This document shows positions 45,303-55,295 of a DNA stretch of 57,301 bases, piece after piece. The notes beneath the pieces were generated by a model. It did not search any database, was not told where the DNA came from, and saw nothing but the letters and a program-made list of their open reading frames with translations. This DNA comes from a virus (Duplodnaviria; Caudoviricetes). Location: positions 1 to 57,301 of IMG/VR virus record IMGVR_UViG_3300043496_000172; one strand, written 5' to 3'. The position numbers were made by a program, and so were the translations under genes. Position 1 is the stretch's first letter, and each line of letters starts with the position of its first letter.

Positions 45303-45596
45303 ATGAAAAAGGTGACACTCCTCGTGTTTACGGTGTTGCTGCTGTTTGGGTGCAGCGCCCCGGAGTCGGGGACGGTGATGAACAAGCACTACAGCGAACC
45401 GTATGACTGGGTTGGTTCCCAGTGCTACGCCTATGGCAAAAACGGTGCCTGCACGCTGACGATGCCGGTGGTTCATCACGTCTCGGCGTCATGGAGCTTG
45501 TGTCTGCGCAACGGTGAGGATGAAGGCTGCCGCAGCGTGGATGAGCGCACCTGGCATGAGTACGAGGTCGGTGACGACTATCCCCGCCATCATTGA
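45303..45596 (+). CDS. Lipoprotein
   Basis: MKK, hydrophobic stretch, LFGC lipobox. Confidence 0.8.
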   Translation: MKKVTLLVFTVLLLFGCSAPESGTVMNKHYSEPYDWVGSQCYAYGKNGACTLTMPVVHHVSASWSLCLRNGEDEGCRSVDERTWHEYEVGDDYPRHH

Positions 45597-45611
45597 AATT
45601 TCACAAACCAG

Positions 45612-45647
45612 ACAGGCCCTCTGCTTCGGCAGGGGGCCTGTTTTTTG
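45612..45647 (+). terminator. Rho-independent terminator
   Basis: ACAGGCCCTCTGC-TTCG-GCAGGGGGCCTGT-TTTTT. Confidence 0.85.
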
Positions 45648-45697
45648 TCACACCCTTCCGCTAGCATGATCCATCACCAAGGGGAGGGGTTGACGCC

Positions 45698-46141
45698 GTG
45701 ACCGATACGATCAGCCGGATGAAGTCACCTGAAGAACACGAGGAATACGGCCGGGCGCTCATTGTCGGCGCCAAGCTGGCACCCCTGAGACAGGTGCTTG
45801 GCCTGACTCGGACTGCGATGGCTGAGATGCTGCGCGTAGCCCCGATCACGTACTACCGATGCGAGGATGATCCATCTCTTGGTGGCCGGATCTGGGGCAC
45901 TACGGCTCAGCGGGTGGGCCGGCTTGCCTGGCTGGCTCAGGTGACACTGGATCAGCTTGATGACCTCGGTATCGAGATCCGGAAGCTGACTCCGTTTCAC
46001 CGGCTGGCCCAGACAACTGGTTGGCCGCAGGAGGTTCTCCTGAAGTGGTACCGGGCCGGGATGATCGAGGCCGAGGACCTTGGCATCCTCGGCCTCTGGG
46101 TGCACGATGATGACCTCCATCTGATCGCGGAGGCTCACTAG
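45698..46141 (+). CDS. HTH DNA-binding protein
   Basis: LRQVLGLTRTAMAEMLRVAPITYYRCE. Confidence 0.7.
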   Translation: MTDTISRMKSPEEHEEYGRALIVGAKLAPLRQVLGLTRTAMAEMLRVAPITYYRCEDDPSLGGRIWGTTAQRVGRLAWLAQVTLDQLDDLGIEIRKLTPFHRLAQTTGWPQEVLLKWYRAGMIEAEDLGILGLWVHDDDLHLIAEAH

Positions 46142-46992
46142 TGCCAGCTCGGAAGTGTGTGGTCTGTCAGAAGCCGTTGGCCGCCGTCATCAAGGAAGCC
46201 GCACATCCTGCGTGCATTTTCTTGGACGACACCGAGTCCTATGATCCACTGGCGCTGAAACTCAAGAAACAGATCATTGAGATAGTCAAATGGGCGGATC
46301 GAAACAGTGCGCGTTCCCAGCAGAAAACTATCGGCCCTTCTGAGATCGGTGACCCCTGCGACCGTCGTATTGGTTACCGTATCGCCGACGTCCCTGAGGT
46401 CAACGATGGCTTTGATCCATGGGCAGCGATCGTGGGTACATCCATACATTCGTGGCTGGATGAAGCTTTCCGTGCTCGAATCCGCCTATCACCCGATGAT
46501 GCGAAGACGTGGCTCACGGAAACTCGTCTTCCGATCGCAGGGTTCATCAAAGGGCGAAGTGATCTGTTCAATGTGGACGAAGCCTGCGTCATAGATCACA
46601 AGGGCGCCGGCCCTTCGGTCATGCGTAAGGTGAAGGCGCAGGGGCCGGGGCCGGGCTACGTTGTTCAGGTTCAGCTCTACGGCTACGGCTACCGACAGAT
46701 GGGCTACGAGGTGAAGAAGGTAGCCCTGGCTTTCTATCCTCGCGCTGGTTGGCTTCGTGACGTCTACGTGTGGACAGACGATTACAAGGAGGAGGTCGCT
46801 CTCGGTGCACTGGAGCGCCTTTCTCAGATAGCGCAAAAAGTCTCAAATCTGGACATGTTGAACAAGAGCTATGAGCATCGGTGGGAGCAGATCGCTGCTC
46901 AACCATCCGACTCCTGTGGCTTTTGTCCTTGGTACGTCCCTGATCGTGACCTCGAAGTCGGAGCGAACCTTTCCGGCTGTCCTGGTCGCTGA
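46141..46992 (+). CDS. Cas4-like PD-(D/E)XK exonuclease
   Basis: GPSEIGDPCDR, GTSIH, D...DHK, QVQLYG, CGFCPW...C. Confidence 0.85.
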   Translation: MPARKCVVCQKPLAAVIKEAAHPACIFLDDTESYDPLALKLKKQIIEIVKWADRNSARSQQKTIGPSEIGDPCDRRIGYRIADVPEVNDGFDPWAAIVGTSIHSWLDEAFRARIRLSPDDAKTWLTETRLPIAGFIKGRSDLFNVDEACVIDHKGAGPSVMRKVKAQGPGPGYVVQVQLYGYGYRQMGYEVKKVALAFYPRAGWLRDVYVWTDDYKEEVALGALERLSQIAQKVSNLDMLNKSYEHRWEQIAAQPSDSCGFCPWYVPDRDLEVGANLSGCPGR

Positions 46993-47030
46993 AACACACT
47001 CCAGAAACAGAACAGAGCAAGGAGCAGAAC

Positions 47031-47633
47031 ATGGATCAGATGCTCGACGACGAAGCCGCCACCGGGCGGCTGAATCCAGCCGACTGTGTCGGTCACCTGG
47101 TGATGGTCTGGGCCATCGACTACATCGACCACAGTCCGACCAAGTTTTCCGTCCCGGGCAAGAACTCAGACGTGATCGTTGTTGATGCGGTAGACCTCGA
47201 CCAAGCCGATCACGAGGGCTATCAGGGTCAGATATTCCGGAACGTATGGTGGCGTAACGGTCGCCTGATCGCCTTCATGAAGACTCGGATCGGACGCCCG
47301 AAACCTGTCCTGGCCCGGATGGCTATCGGGGTGAACACCATGGGTAAGCCGCCGTTCGAGCTGGAACTGATGACCCACGACGAGCAGGCGGTGGAACGGG
47401 CAGCAGCCTGGTTCGCTGGGCACCGAGACTTCCGACCGGGAGCACCACAGGGCCGTTCCGATGATGAACGTATTACTGCCGAGGCGCCGGTTGCGCAGCA
47501 GAAGTCTCAACTTCAACAGTTGGCGGAGCAGAAGTTGACTGGTGGAAATTTGCATCAGCAATCACTTCGAGAGTTGCCGCCAGCTAGGCCGCCGGCTCGA
47601 CCAGATCCATACGGGGAAGAGGCACCGTTTTAG
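47031..47633 (+). CDS. Putative ssDNA-binding protein
   Basis: Between exonuclease and primase; acidic C-terminus ending EEAPF. Confidence 0.55.
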   Translation: MDQMLDDEAATGRLNPADCVGHLVMVWAIDYIDHSPTKFSVPGKNSDVIVVDAVDLDQADHEGYQGQIFRNVWWRNGRLIAFMKTRIGRPKPVLARMAIGVNTMGKPPFELELMTHDEQAVERAAAWFAGHRDFRPGAPQGRSDDERITAEAPVAQQKSQLQQLAEQKLTGGNLHQQSLRELPPARPPARPDPYGEEAPF

Positions 47634-47654
47634 GCGTAGCGTCACTAGCCTGAG

Positions 47655-47686
47655 GAGGCGGCACCACGTGAGTAGTGCCGCCTCCG
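47655..47686 (+). terminator. GC-rich hairpin
   Basis: GGAGGCGGCAC/GTGCCGCCTCC stem. Confidence 0.5.
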
Positions 47687-47839
47687 TCCGGCTGAACCAG
47701 GAACCAGGACAGTCCTAGTCTAGCTAGACCACGTACACGTACATGATCATCGAACAGGAAACGGAAACGGAATCAGCTCCAGCCACAGAACCCATGAAAC
47801 CAGAACCTAATTTCCCCACCCCTACGGCTCCGAAGGGAC

Positions 47840-50317
47840 GTGATGGTGACACTACCAGAGGTAGCCGAGCAGTGGAGGGCAGCTGGCGTCTCAGTTGTAC
47901 CAATTGTGGCAAAGAACCAGCCGGCTATCCGATGGAAGCAGTATCAGCTGCGGGTACCGAACCTGGACGAAGTACACGACTGGTGGGGTAACGGTCACCG
48001 GTACGGACTGGCCATCATCTGCGGAAACGTGTCCGGCAACCTGGAAATGACCGAGCTTGAGGCTCGTGCCCTGACTTCTACCGCTTTGACCGATATTGCA
48101 AATGCTGCGGATTCGCTCGGGTGTGGCGAAACCTGGGATCAGCTTCTGGCCGGGTATGTACAACAGAGCCCCACCGGGGGCATGCACCTGGTCTACCGGA
48201 TCGCGGATCATGAAGTTCCCGGCAATGAGAAAGTTGCCATGGACCGGTCCGCTGTCAACGACCAGGGCGATCTTCAGCCGCTGGTGCTGTCGGAGACGCG
48301 AGGAGATGGCGGATACTTCGTCGGTGCCCCGTCTCCTGGGTTCTGCCATCCGAGCGGGGAACCGTGGCTGTTGACCTGTGGCACTCCGGGCGTGGTTCCG
48401 ACGATCAGCTGGGACCAGCGTTGTCTGATCCACGAGGCGATCAAACGTGCCCTCGACATCCCGTCTCCCATCACCTCTGAACCAGTCAATCCCCTTCCTG
48501 CTAGGCTTTCGACAGCGGCGCCCGGTACCGTCCCGCCTCCCCAGGCATCGGTTCCCCTTACGGGCGCCGCTTCCATTTCTCCAGGCGATCACTGGGCCAG
48601 CGAAACGGACTGGGCCGAGATTCTGGAACCCGCTGGCTGGACACTGATGCAGCGGATGAACGACGGTGAACGCCTGTGGGTGCGACCAGGTAAAAACCGC
48701 CGGGATGGACACAGTGCGTCAACGGATTACCAGGGAAAGCCTGGTTTGTACGTTTGGTCGACCTCCACCGGGCTCGATACAGAAATCCCGCTCACCAAGC
48801 TATTTATACATGCCCATTATTCGTTTAATGGTGACATGTCCGCTGCCGCGAGAGACCTGGTACGCCAAGGGTTCGGGAGCCGGCAGGTACGGCTTCAGGA
48901 CCTGACCAAGGGTGAACTTGTCATTGCGGAACCGGGTGCACCTCGGGTACACAGACCTGTGCCCTACTCAGACTTCGGAAACGCGCAACGGCTATGGAAA
49001 CGGGTAGGTGACCGGTTCCGTTGGGTTCACGACGCAAACGTGTTCTACAGCTACGTCGACGGTCGCTGGGATCCTGAACACAAGAACGCGGTCATCGCGG
49101 AGTGGAACTACGAAACTGCGCAGATGTACGACGAAGGTGTAGCAGCCGACAGTGTCAAGGACGTGAAATGGGCAACGTCAAGCGCTAACGCCGGACGAAC
49201 CAATGCCGCCGTCGGGATGATGAAATCCATCTCTGGTGTCAGTGTCGGGGTCGACGACTTCGACCAGCTGGATCATCTGGTTAATTTGGTCAATGGCGAA
49301 CTGAACCTCACGTCTGGGGAACTGGGACCTCACGATCCCACTCACCTCATGAGTCGACGGCTCAACGCTAAATTCGATCCGAGCGCAACCGCACCACACT
49401 GGGACTCTTTCCTGGCCCAGGTCCTCCCCGACGAACAGACACGCAAATACGTCCAGCGAGCGGTTGCCTACACCTTGCTCGGGCGAGCTGACCATCGCTC
49501 CTTCTTTATCGTGTATGGCCCCACTGGTACCGGAAAGTCCCAGTTCCTGTCCACATTGGAGCATGTTTTCGGTGACTACGGTGGCTCTGCCGCTGAGGGT
49601 ACCTTCCATCCTGGCCAAGGATCCCTCACCAATGACCTGCACGGACTGCGCAACAAACGACTGATCACGACGTCGGAAACCGCCGACGGCACCAGCTTCA
49701 ACGAAAACCTGATGAAGCGGCTCACCGGCCGGGATCAGATCGTGTCGCGGGAATTGTACCAGTCGAACGTGACGTGGACGCCTGAGTGCACAATCTGGAT
49801 TGCGACAAATCATCCGCCTCGGTTTAATTCTGACGATAATGCGATTTGGCGCCGGGCGAAGCTGATTCCGTTTATGACCGAGTTCGGCACGGATTCGGCA
49901 GACATTCCAGACTATGCCCGGAAGTACTTGTACGCCGAGGCCGACGGGATCCTGAACTGGATCCTGGAAGGTCTCCGTGACTTCCTGGCCAATGGCCTTC
50001 AGGAACCCAGTGACGTGGTCCAGGCTCAGGTGACGCACCGGGAGCAGAGCGACAGTGTGGTTCGGTTCCTCGACGATCAGTTTGAGGAAGAGGTTCTGGT
50101 CGCACACAAGGATGGTCAGGTCCGGACGCAGGAGCTGTATCTGTTGTATGAGGACTGGTGTCGGGCGCAGGGGGAGAAGCGTCTGGGTTCGCGTCGGTTC
50201 CTGAACCGGATGACCGCTTCTGGTCGGGCTACGTATAGCCGGACCAGTACGCAGCGGGTCTGGAAGGGGATCTACCGGCCGGGGTCGCACCTGGTCCCGC
50301 AGCTTCTGGATCGATAG
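47840..50317 (+). CDS. Prim-Pol primase fused to SF3 (D5/P4-type) helicase
   Basis: PAIRWKQYQ, SPTGGMH, ETRGDGGY; GPTGTGKS; MKRLTGRD, IATNHPP, AIWRR. Confidence 0.92.
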   Translation: MMVTLPEVAEQWRAAGVSVVPIVAKNQPAIRWKQYQLRVPNLDEVHDWWGNGHRYGLAIICGNVSGNLEMTELEARALTSTALTDIANAADSLGCGETWDQLLAGYVQQSPTGGMHLVYRIADHEVPGNEKVAMDRSAVNDQGDLQPLVLSETRGDGGYFVGAPSPGFCHPSGEPWLLTCGTPGVVPTISWDQRCLIHEAIKRALDIPSPITSEPVNPLPARLSTAAPGTVPPPQASVPLTGAASISPGDHWASETDWAEILEPAGWTLMQRMNDGERLWVRPGKNRRDGHSASTDYQGKPGLYVWSTSTGLDTEIPLTKLFIHAHYSFNGDMSAAARDLVRQGFGSRQVRLQDLTKGELVIAEPGAPRVHRPVPYSDFGNAQRLWKRVGDRFRWVHDANVFYSYVDGRWDPEHKNAVIAEWNYETAQMYDEGVAADSVKDVKWATSSANAGRTNAAVGMMKSISGVSVGVDDFDQLDHLVNLVNGELNLTSGELGPHDPTHLMSRRLNAKFDPSATAPHWDSFLAQVLPDEQTRKYVQRAVAYTLLGRADHRSFFIVYGPTGTGKSQFLSTLEHVFGDYGGSAAEGTFHPGQGSLTNDLHGLRNKRLITTSETADGTSFNENLMKRLTGRDQIVSRELYQSNVTWTPECTIWIATNHPPRFNSDDNAIWRRAKLIPFMTEFGTDSADIPDYARKYLYAEADGILNWILEGLRDFLANGLQEPSDVVQAQVTHREQSDSVVRFLDDQFEEEVLVAHKDGQVRTQELYLLYEDWCRAQGEKRLGSRRFLNRMTASGRATYSRTSTQRVWKGIYRPGSHLVPQLLDR

Positions 50318-50330
50318 AACTAGCTAGTAG

Positions 50331-50378
50331 TTGCCATCGGTATCAACAGGCGCTACAGTTGACCTCACACCCCTGGGG
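50331..50378 (+). promoter_or_regulatory. Putative promoter TTGCCA-17-TACAGT with downstream CCCCTGGGG
   Basis: Intergenic, ahead of ParB-like genes. Confidence 0.65.
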
Positions 50379-50396
50379 AGGTGAAAGGAAGACTGC

Positions 50397-51230
50397 ATGA
50401 AGAACCCCTACAAGGTCCCGCTCCATGTTCTGGTTTTTCATGGTGATGGGATCCCTGACGATCAGTCCCTGATAGACCTTCAGGGCGACATCCAGGAGAA
50501 CGGGCTCAAGGTTCCCGTCCTCATCGACCGGACCACCAACACGGTCCTCGACGGCTCCCGGCGTATCCGGGCAATGATCAACCTGGGCTGGACACATTGC
50601 CTAGTGTATGGAGTAGAAACCTTTGACGAGGGAGTTCAATACCTCGACAAGGTAAGGAAGAACCCTCGGCTACCGGCGGGACTTTCTGTTACTACAGGAA
50701 GGATCTGGCGCTACTACTGCGACTTCCAGAACCTGATCGACCTGCGCCAGAAGCAATTGAAGAATCGACGTATAGGCGTTTCTCGTGATGTACACCTGGA
50801 ACGGCTGGCCCCGTCTCGTCGCCTGCTAGCGGAAGCTATCGGCACGAGCGAAGGTCAGATGGTTGCCCTGATCAGCACCTACAAGACCGCACAGTTCCAC
50901 GAGAACCCGGATATCCGGGCATTCGCGGCAGGTCTCACAGAGGAACTGGACCAGGGGAAGATCACCTGCTACTCGGCTCGGCATCGACTCCAGAAGGCCC
51001 TCCATGAAAAGCCGGAGGGATCCATCGCCACCGCGTCTGCGCAACGAGAAACATTGGGCATGATCATTTCTCAGCTCAATGGTGTTGCTCGGGGCATTGC
51101 CGCATTCAACGGAATCAGTGACGGATTGAGCGCGGAAGAGCTGGCGGAATACGTCAATTCCCTCCGTAAGCCACTCGCCGCTATCCGCAGTCACCGTAAC
51201 CAGATACAGAAAAGGATCAATACCGGATGA
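50397..51230 (+). CDS. ParB/Srx-like N-terminal domain protein
   Basis: LQGDIQENGLKVPVLID...VLDGSRRIRA. Confidence 0.8.
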   Translation: MKNPYKVPLHVLVFHGDGIPDDQSLIDLQGDIQENGLKVPVLIDRTTNTVLDGSRRIRAMINLGWTHCLVYGVETFDEGVQYLDKVRKNPRLPAGLSVTTGRIWRYYCDFQNLIDLRQKQLKNRRIGVSRDVHLERLAPSRRLLAEAIGTSEGQMVALISTYKTAQFHENPDIRAFAAGLTEELDQGKITCYSARHRLQKALHEKPEGSIATASAQRETLGMIISQLNGVARGIAAFNGISDGLSAEELAEYVNSLRKPLAAIRSHRNQIQKRINTG

Positions 51231-52087
51231 ACCAGGAACAGGAAACAGTGAACAGCAACGCTGCCTTCGAAAGGTGGGCGAAGAGCCACCCCTTCATCAC
51301 CGAAGAGGTACTGGTCTCCAACCTGACCATCGACCGGCGAGTGCAGCGCACCGGCCTTAACCTGCCCAAGGTTGAACGCATGGTGAAGAAGTTCAACCCC
51401 AGCTCGCTGGGTGTCGTGACCGTGTCACGACGCAAGGATAAGTCGATGATTGTGATCGACGGTCAGCACCGCTGGGAAGCCACCCGGCGAGTCACTGACA
51501 ATGAAGGCTTGCTGCTGTGTCACGTGTTCGAAGGCTTGGAACTGGCCGAGGAAGCGCAGATGTTTCTCGACCTTAACGACACGTCCAAGCCCCCCGTGAT
51601 CGACCAGTTCAAGGTGAGCCTTCAGGCCGATTCACCAGGTGGCGAAGAGGCCCGGGAGATCTCCCGGATACTGCTCCAATATGGCTGGAAGGTCAGTGCT
51701 ACGGCGGCGGATGGCAACGTGAACGCCGTCCAGGCAATCTCCAAGATCTATCGGCTGTCGCTCGAAAAGGAAGCTGACCCCAACCTGCTGGCGATGACAT
51801 TCCTTGTCGTCACCCGCGCCTGGGGAACTAACCGGATGGCGGGTCAGGCCCCCATGGTGGAAGGTATCGGCCGCATGTTCGCCGAATACGGCTCCCGGAT
51901 CGACACCGACCGCCTGATCAGTGTCATGAAGAGCTACAAGGGCGGGGCGCAGTCCCTGCTGAGTGAAACGTCGCAGCTGGCCCGCCTGTCTCACTCGCGG
52001 CATTCAATGGCCCTGGCAACTGCCCTGGTCAACGAATACAACCGAGGTCTGCGGACCCGGACGCTGGAAGCCTGGCGTCAACGGTAA
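51227..52087 (+). CDS. ParB-like (DUF6551-type) protein
   Basis: IDRRVQR...LGVVTVSRR...VIDGQHR...EEAQMFLDLN. Confidence 0.8.
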   Translation: MNQEQETVNSNAAFERWAKSHPFITEEVLVSNLTIDRRVQRTGLNLPKVERMVKKFNPSSLGVVTVSRRKDKSMIVIDGQHRWEATRRVTDNEGLLLCHVFEGLELAEEAQMFLDLNDTSKPPVIDQFKVSLQADSPGGEEAREISRILLQYGWKVSATAADGNVNAVQAISKIYRLSLEKEADPNLLAMTFLVVTRAWGTNRMAGQAPMVEGIGRMFAEYGSRIDTDRLISVMKSYKGGAQSLLSETSQLARLSHSRHSMALATALVNEYNRGLRTRTLEAWRQR

Positions 52088-52094
52088 CGACAGG

Positions 52095-52130
52095 AAAGGC
52101 CCCCATTCGGTAACGGATGGGGGCCTTTTT
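52095..52130 (+). terminator. Rho-independent terminator
   Basis: AAAGGCCCCCAT...ATGGGGGCCTTTTT. Confidence 0.8.
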
Positions 52131-52146
52131 CGTTTACAGTTCAAAC

Positions 52147-53028
52147 GTGGCAGAAGGTGTGGACTACTCATTCGCACATCCCAGCCCCTCTTCCTTGAAG
52201 ACGGCCGGGAAAACGTTCGCGCTGCGCTACATCGGGCCAGGATCCGCCGGGAAGCTGCTCACAGCTTCAGAGCGGGACCAGTTGTGGGCGCAGGACATCT
52301 CCATCGGGTTTCTGGCTGAAGGAGCCGCAGGAGACATGTTGCGGGGCGCAGCGCTCGGCAAGGCTCATGCCCAGCTGGCCGAAACGCACCGGATGGCTCT
52401 CGGTGCGCCCGCGCTTCCCATCTACTTCGCCGCCGACGTGGACATGGTCGCCGGCAACCTCCCCGCCATCACTGCCTACTGCAACGCTGCTGCCGGTGTC
52501 CTCGGACGGGGACGGGTTGGCGTGTACGGCGAGTACGACGTGATGGGCTGGCTCAAGGAACGCGGCATCGCCACCTGGTTCTTCCAAACATATGCCTGGA
52601 GTGCCGGCAAATGGTTCAGCGGCAACCATATAGAGCAGTACCGCAACAATCAGGCACTTGGTGGCGGAACTGTCGATCTATGTCGCAGTAAAATGGATAA
52701 CTTTGGACAATGGGTACGTCCCGGATCTTTGCAGCCAGGAGTTGATGAAATGGTCATGTATGTGTGGTGTGACGGAGACCTGTGGGGCAGCACGGGAGCT
52801 GAACGATTCAAGGTGGCCAACCCCACCCAGGCCGAGGCCATCAAGCGAGTCTGGGGCGAATATGGCTGGGCCTGGAAGGACAACCAGGTGACACCAGACG
52901 AACTGGGCGGGTTCGGTGTCGTCGTTCCGCCGCCGGCAGGACTGCCATCTTCTGACGCTGAAACACTTGCGATGTTGGAGCAACTGGCGGATGGTTTGGA
53001 AGCCCTTGCCGCTGCTATACGCGGCTAA
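52147..53028 (+). CDS. Endolysin, DUF1906 (GH25-like) glycoside hydrolase
   Basis: GVDYS, FALRY, PIYFAAD, GVYG, FQTYAWS. Confidence 0.85.
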   Translation: MAEGVDYSFAHPSPSSLKTAGKTFALRYIGPGSAGKLLTASERDQLWAQDISIGFLAEGAAGDMLRGAALGKAHAQLAETHRMALGAPALPIYFAADVDMVAGNLPAITAYCNAAAGVLGRGRVGVYGEYDVMGWLKERGIATWFFQTYAWSAGKWFSGNHIEQYRNNQALGGGTVDLCRSKMDNFGQWVRPGSLQPGVDEMVMYVWCDGDLWGSTGAERFKVANPTQAEAIKRVWGEYGWAWKDNQVTPDELGGFGVVVPPPAGLPSSDAETLAMLEQLADGLEALAAAIRG

Positions 53029-53044
53029 GCAGAGAAAAGGAATC

Positions 53045-54193
53045 ATGTACATGAACCCACGAAAACGTATCGTGCTGTCCACTGCCGCTGTTTCAGCGGC
53101 AGCCCTGATTCTGGGGGCCTGTTTCCTCACGCCAGCCAACGCCAGCGTCACGACACAGACTCAGGTGGCACGAGACAATCTGGCGAACTGTCAACTCCTG
53201 GCCTCGAACTCCACCGGTTCGCAGCTCACCAGAGCTAACCAGTGCATCACTGATCAGAACAAGATCCTGCGACTTCTCGGCGGGTCACCTTCACCTACCC
53301 CTACGCCTCCGGCGACCACTCCCCCCACTGCCAGCCCCACCGCGACCGTGACTCCGACCCCGACCGCGACGACTACTCCTCCTCCGTCCGGTGACTTTCC
53401 GAACGCGGACAACACAGGCGTTCCCGCTGGTACGGTCCTGACTCCATGGGATGGCACGTGCAGCGGTGGCGTTGTGGCGATCACGACCCCGAACCTGCTG
53501 GTAGATGCCCGCAGTTTTCCCTGCAATGTGTCCATCCGGGCCAGCGGTGTTCGGATCACCCGCAGCCGGATCAACGGCTGGATCGACAACACCGACCGGT
53601 CGGGAACCTCGTTCGCGCTGGTCGACTCCGAGGTATCGATCTCCACAGTGGTGGAGCTGACGGTGGTGGGAAACCACGACTTCAGCATGTTGCGGGTTGA
53701 AGTCACCGGCGGAAACCGGGGCGTGTACTGCCAGTGGTCCTGTGACATCCGGGACTCCTGGATTCACGGCCAGCGCATCCAAAGCGTCTGGCACGCTTCA
53801 GCTGTTCGCATGGAACAGCAGCTCACCCTGGTGCACAACACTCTGGTCTGTGACGCACAGCCGGCCAGCGAGGAAGGGACGTGCTCGGCCTCGTTGACGG
53901 GGTACGGCGACTTCGCTCCGGTGCGGGACAACCTGATCCAGGGCAACTACTTCGCTCCGACAGTGTTCGCGGCGTACTGCGCCTACGGCGGTTCCTCGCG
54001 GAACAAGCCGTTCTCGGACGGTGCCATGAACAACCGGTTCATCGATAACGTGTTCGGACGAGGTGACACCACGGTTAGCCAGGACTGTGCAAAATACGGT
54101 CCGGTTGGTGACTATGACCGCTCGAAGCCAGGCAATGTCTGGTCAGGTAACAAGTTCACTGACGGGGTTGTGATCCCGGTACCTGCGTTCTAG
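53045..54193 (+). CDS. Secreted protein with Pro/Thr linker and parallel beta-helix domain
   Basis: Signal peptide ending ANA; PTPT linker; FPNADNTGVP; IRDSWIH, IQGNYF repeats. Confidence 0.75.
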   Translation: MYMNPRKRIVLSTAAVSAAALILGACFLTPANASVTTQTQVARDNLANCQLLASNSTGSQLTRANQCITDQNKILRLLGGSPSPTPTPPATTPPTASPTATVTPTPTATTTPPPSGDFPNADNTGVPAGTVLTPWDGTCSGGVVAITTPNLLVDARSFPCNVSIRASGVRITRSRINGWIDNTDRSGTSFALVDSEVSISTVVELTVVGNHDFSMLRVEVTGGNRGVYCQWSCDIRDSWIHGQRIQSVWHASAVRMEQQLTLVHNTLVCDAQPASEEGTCSASLTGYGDFAPVRDNLIQGNYFAPTVFAAYCAYGGSSRNKPFSDGAMNNRFIDNVFGRGDTTVSQDCAKYGPVGDYDRSKPGNVWSGNKFTDGVVIPVPAF

Positions 54194-54235
54194 CATCAAA
54201 ACCGGTACTCCTCGTTTGTCGGTTCCCGCAGATAA

Positions 54236-54271
54236 AGAAACAGCCCCCCAGGAAACTGGGGGGCTGTTTCG
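54236..54271. terminator. Bidirectional terminator between converging genes
   Basis: GAAACAGCCCCCCAG/CTGGGGGGCTGTTTC. Confidence 0.8.
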
Positions 54272-54303
54272 TAAAACCGGTCATCATGTCCGGCACTGGG
54301 TAT

Positions 54304-54996
54304 TTAAGCGAACGCGGGCTCCAGCTGCGGTGTTTCCTCCTCGGCAGGAACTGTACTGAGGGCTCGGCGGACGGAGTACACGTAATTGAGCGAGGAATTG
54401 GTGAGGTCACCGATTTCCTGGTTGGTCAGTTCCGGGCTACGGCTCAGTATCGCGGCGATACGTTCCTTCTTCGACGGTTCGCGTTCGTCTTTCGGCTTCA
54501 CGAGGATCGGTTCTTCGGGTTTCTTGTAGGTGGAGACCTTGCCTGCTTCGATGAACGCTTCGATCTGTTCGATGCGCGCGTTCAGGACCATCAACGTGAC
54601 CGAGGCAACGATCATCATGCCGTCGATCGAGAGGGGGAGCAGGATTGCGGTCTGGTCGTCTGCGTACCGGTGAAAGGCTGTGCTCTGGTTGCGGTAGCTC
54701 AGATACGCGGAAATTCCTGCGATAATGAGCGTACCGAATCCACGAGACAGTTTCCAGTACCAGCGGTCTTCCTTGCGGAAGGGAACCCGAGAGGTGATTT
54801 CGAGGGCTGCGAAGAAGAACAGCGGCGGGAAGACGTGAATCGCGATGGCCGCTGCATTGTGGCCAGCGTTCAGCATGTTCGCCCAGATACTTGCGGCGGT
54901 GACTGCAACGACGATGGCGCGGCAGACCCACCGGAGTCGCCGGAAGCGACTTAGTTTCTTGTTCATGGGTACTCCTGACTCTGTGTAGTTTTCCAT
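54304..54996 (-). CDS. DUF2637-like membrane protein with C-terminal HTH
   Basis: Four TM helices; AYLSY...LLPLSIDGM; LTNQEIGDLTNSSLNYV. Confidence 0.75.
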   Translation of the reverse strand: MENYTESGVPMNKKLSRFRRLRWVCRAIVVAVTAASIWANMLNAGHNAAAIAIHVFPPLFFFAALEITSRVPFRKEDRWYWKLSRGFGTLIIAGISAYLSYRNQSTAFHRYADDQTAILLPLSIDGMMIVASVTLMVLNARIEQIEAFIEAGKVSTYKKPEEPILVKPKDEREPSKKERIAAILSRSPELTNQEIGDLTNSSLNYVYSVRRALSTVPAEEETPQLEPAFA

Positions 54997-55023
54997 GAGC
55001 CTGCAAATAGCAGTGCACCCCCC

Positions 55024-55052
55024 ACTGTACTACCCAGGTGGGGGGTGCACAA
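55024..55052 (-). promoter_or_regulatory. Putative promoter TTGTGC-17-TACAGT within an inverted repeat
   Basis: GTGCACCCCCCAC/GTGGGGGGTGCAC arms (about 55013-55050) overlap the promoter. Confidence 0.55.
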
Positions 55053-55067
55053 CTGTTTCTGTTTTAT

Positions 55068-55295
55068 TCAGTCAGAGAAAGGCCATCCATCAACAGCGCC
55101 AAAGGGATCCTGGTGCTGCCGTTTGTAGTGGTCTCGGTCAGCCTTGACCTCACTCAGCTCCTCTTCCAGAAGCTGGATCCTGGCCAGAGCCTCGATCAAC
55201 ATCCGCCTGGAGTCAAGGGCTTGAGTCCGCCAGAACCCTCTGGTCCGCCAGACACTGTGCTCGGTCTCAGGTTCAGACTGGTACAAGGGATTCAT
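55068..55295 (-). CDS. Hypothetical coiled-coil protein
   Basis: AGGAAGGAG RBS before MNPLYQ. Confidence 0.55.
   Translation of the reverse strand: MNPLYQSEPETEHSVWRTRGFWRTQALDSRRMLIEALARIQLLEEELSEVKADRDHYKRQHQDPFGAVDGWPFSD

Noticed and set aside
46141-46992. Cas4-like nuclease as part of the RAMP system
   Set aside because: Solo Cas4-like exonucleases are common in actinophage replication modules; it sits with SSB and primase, and no Cas1 is present
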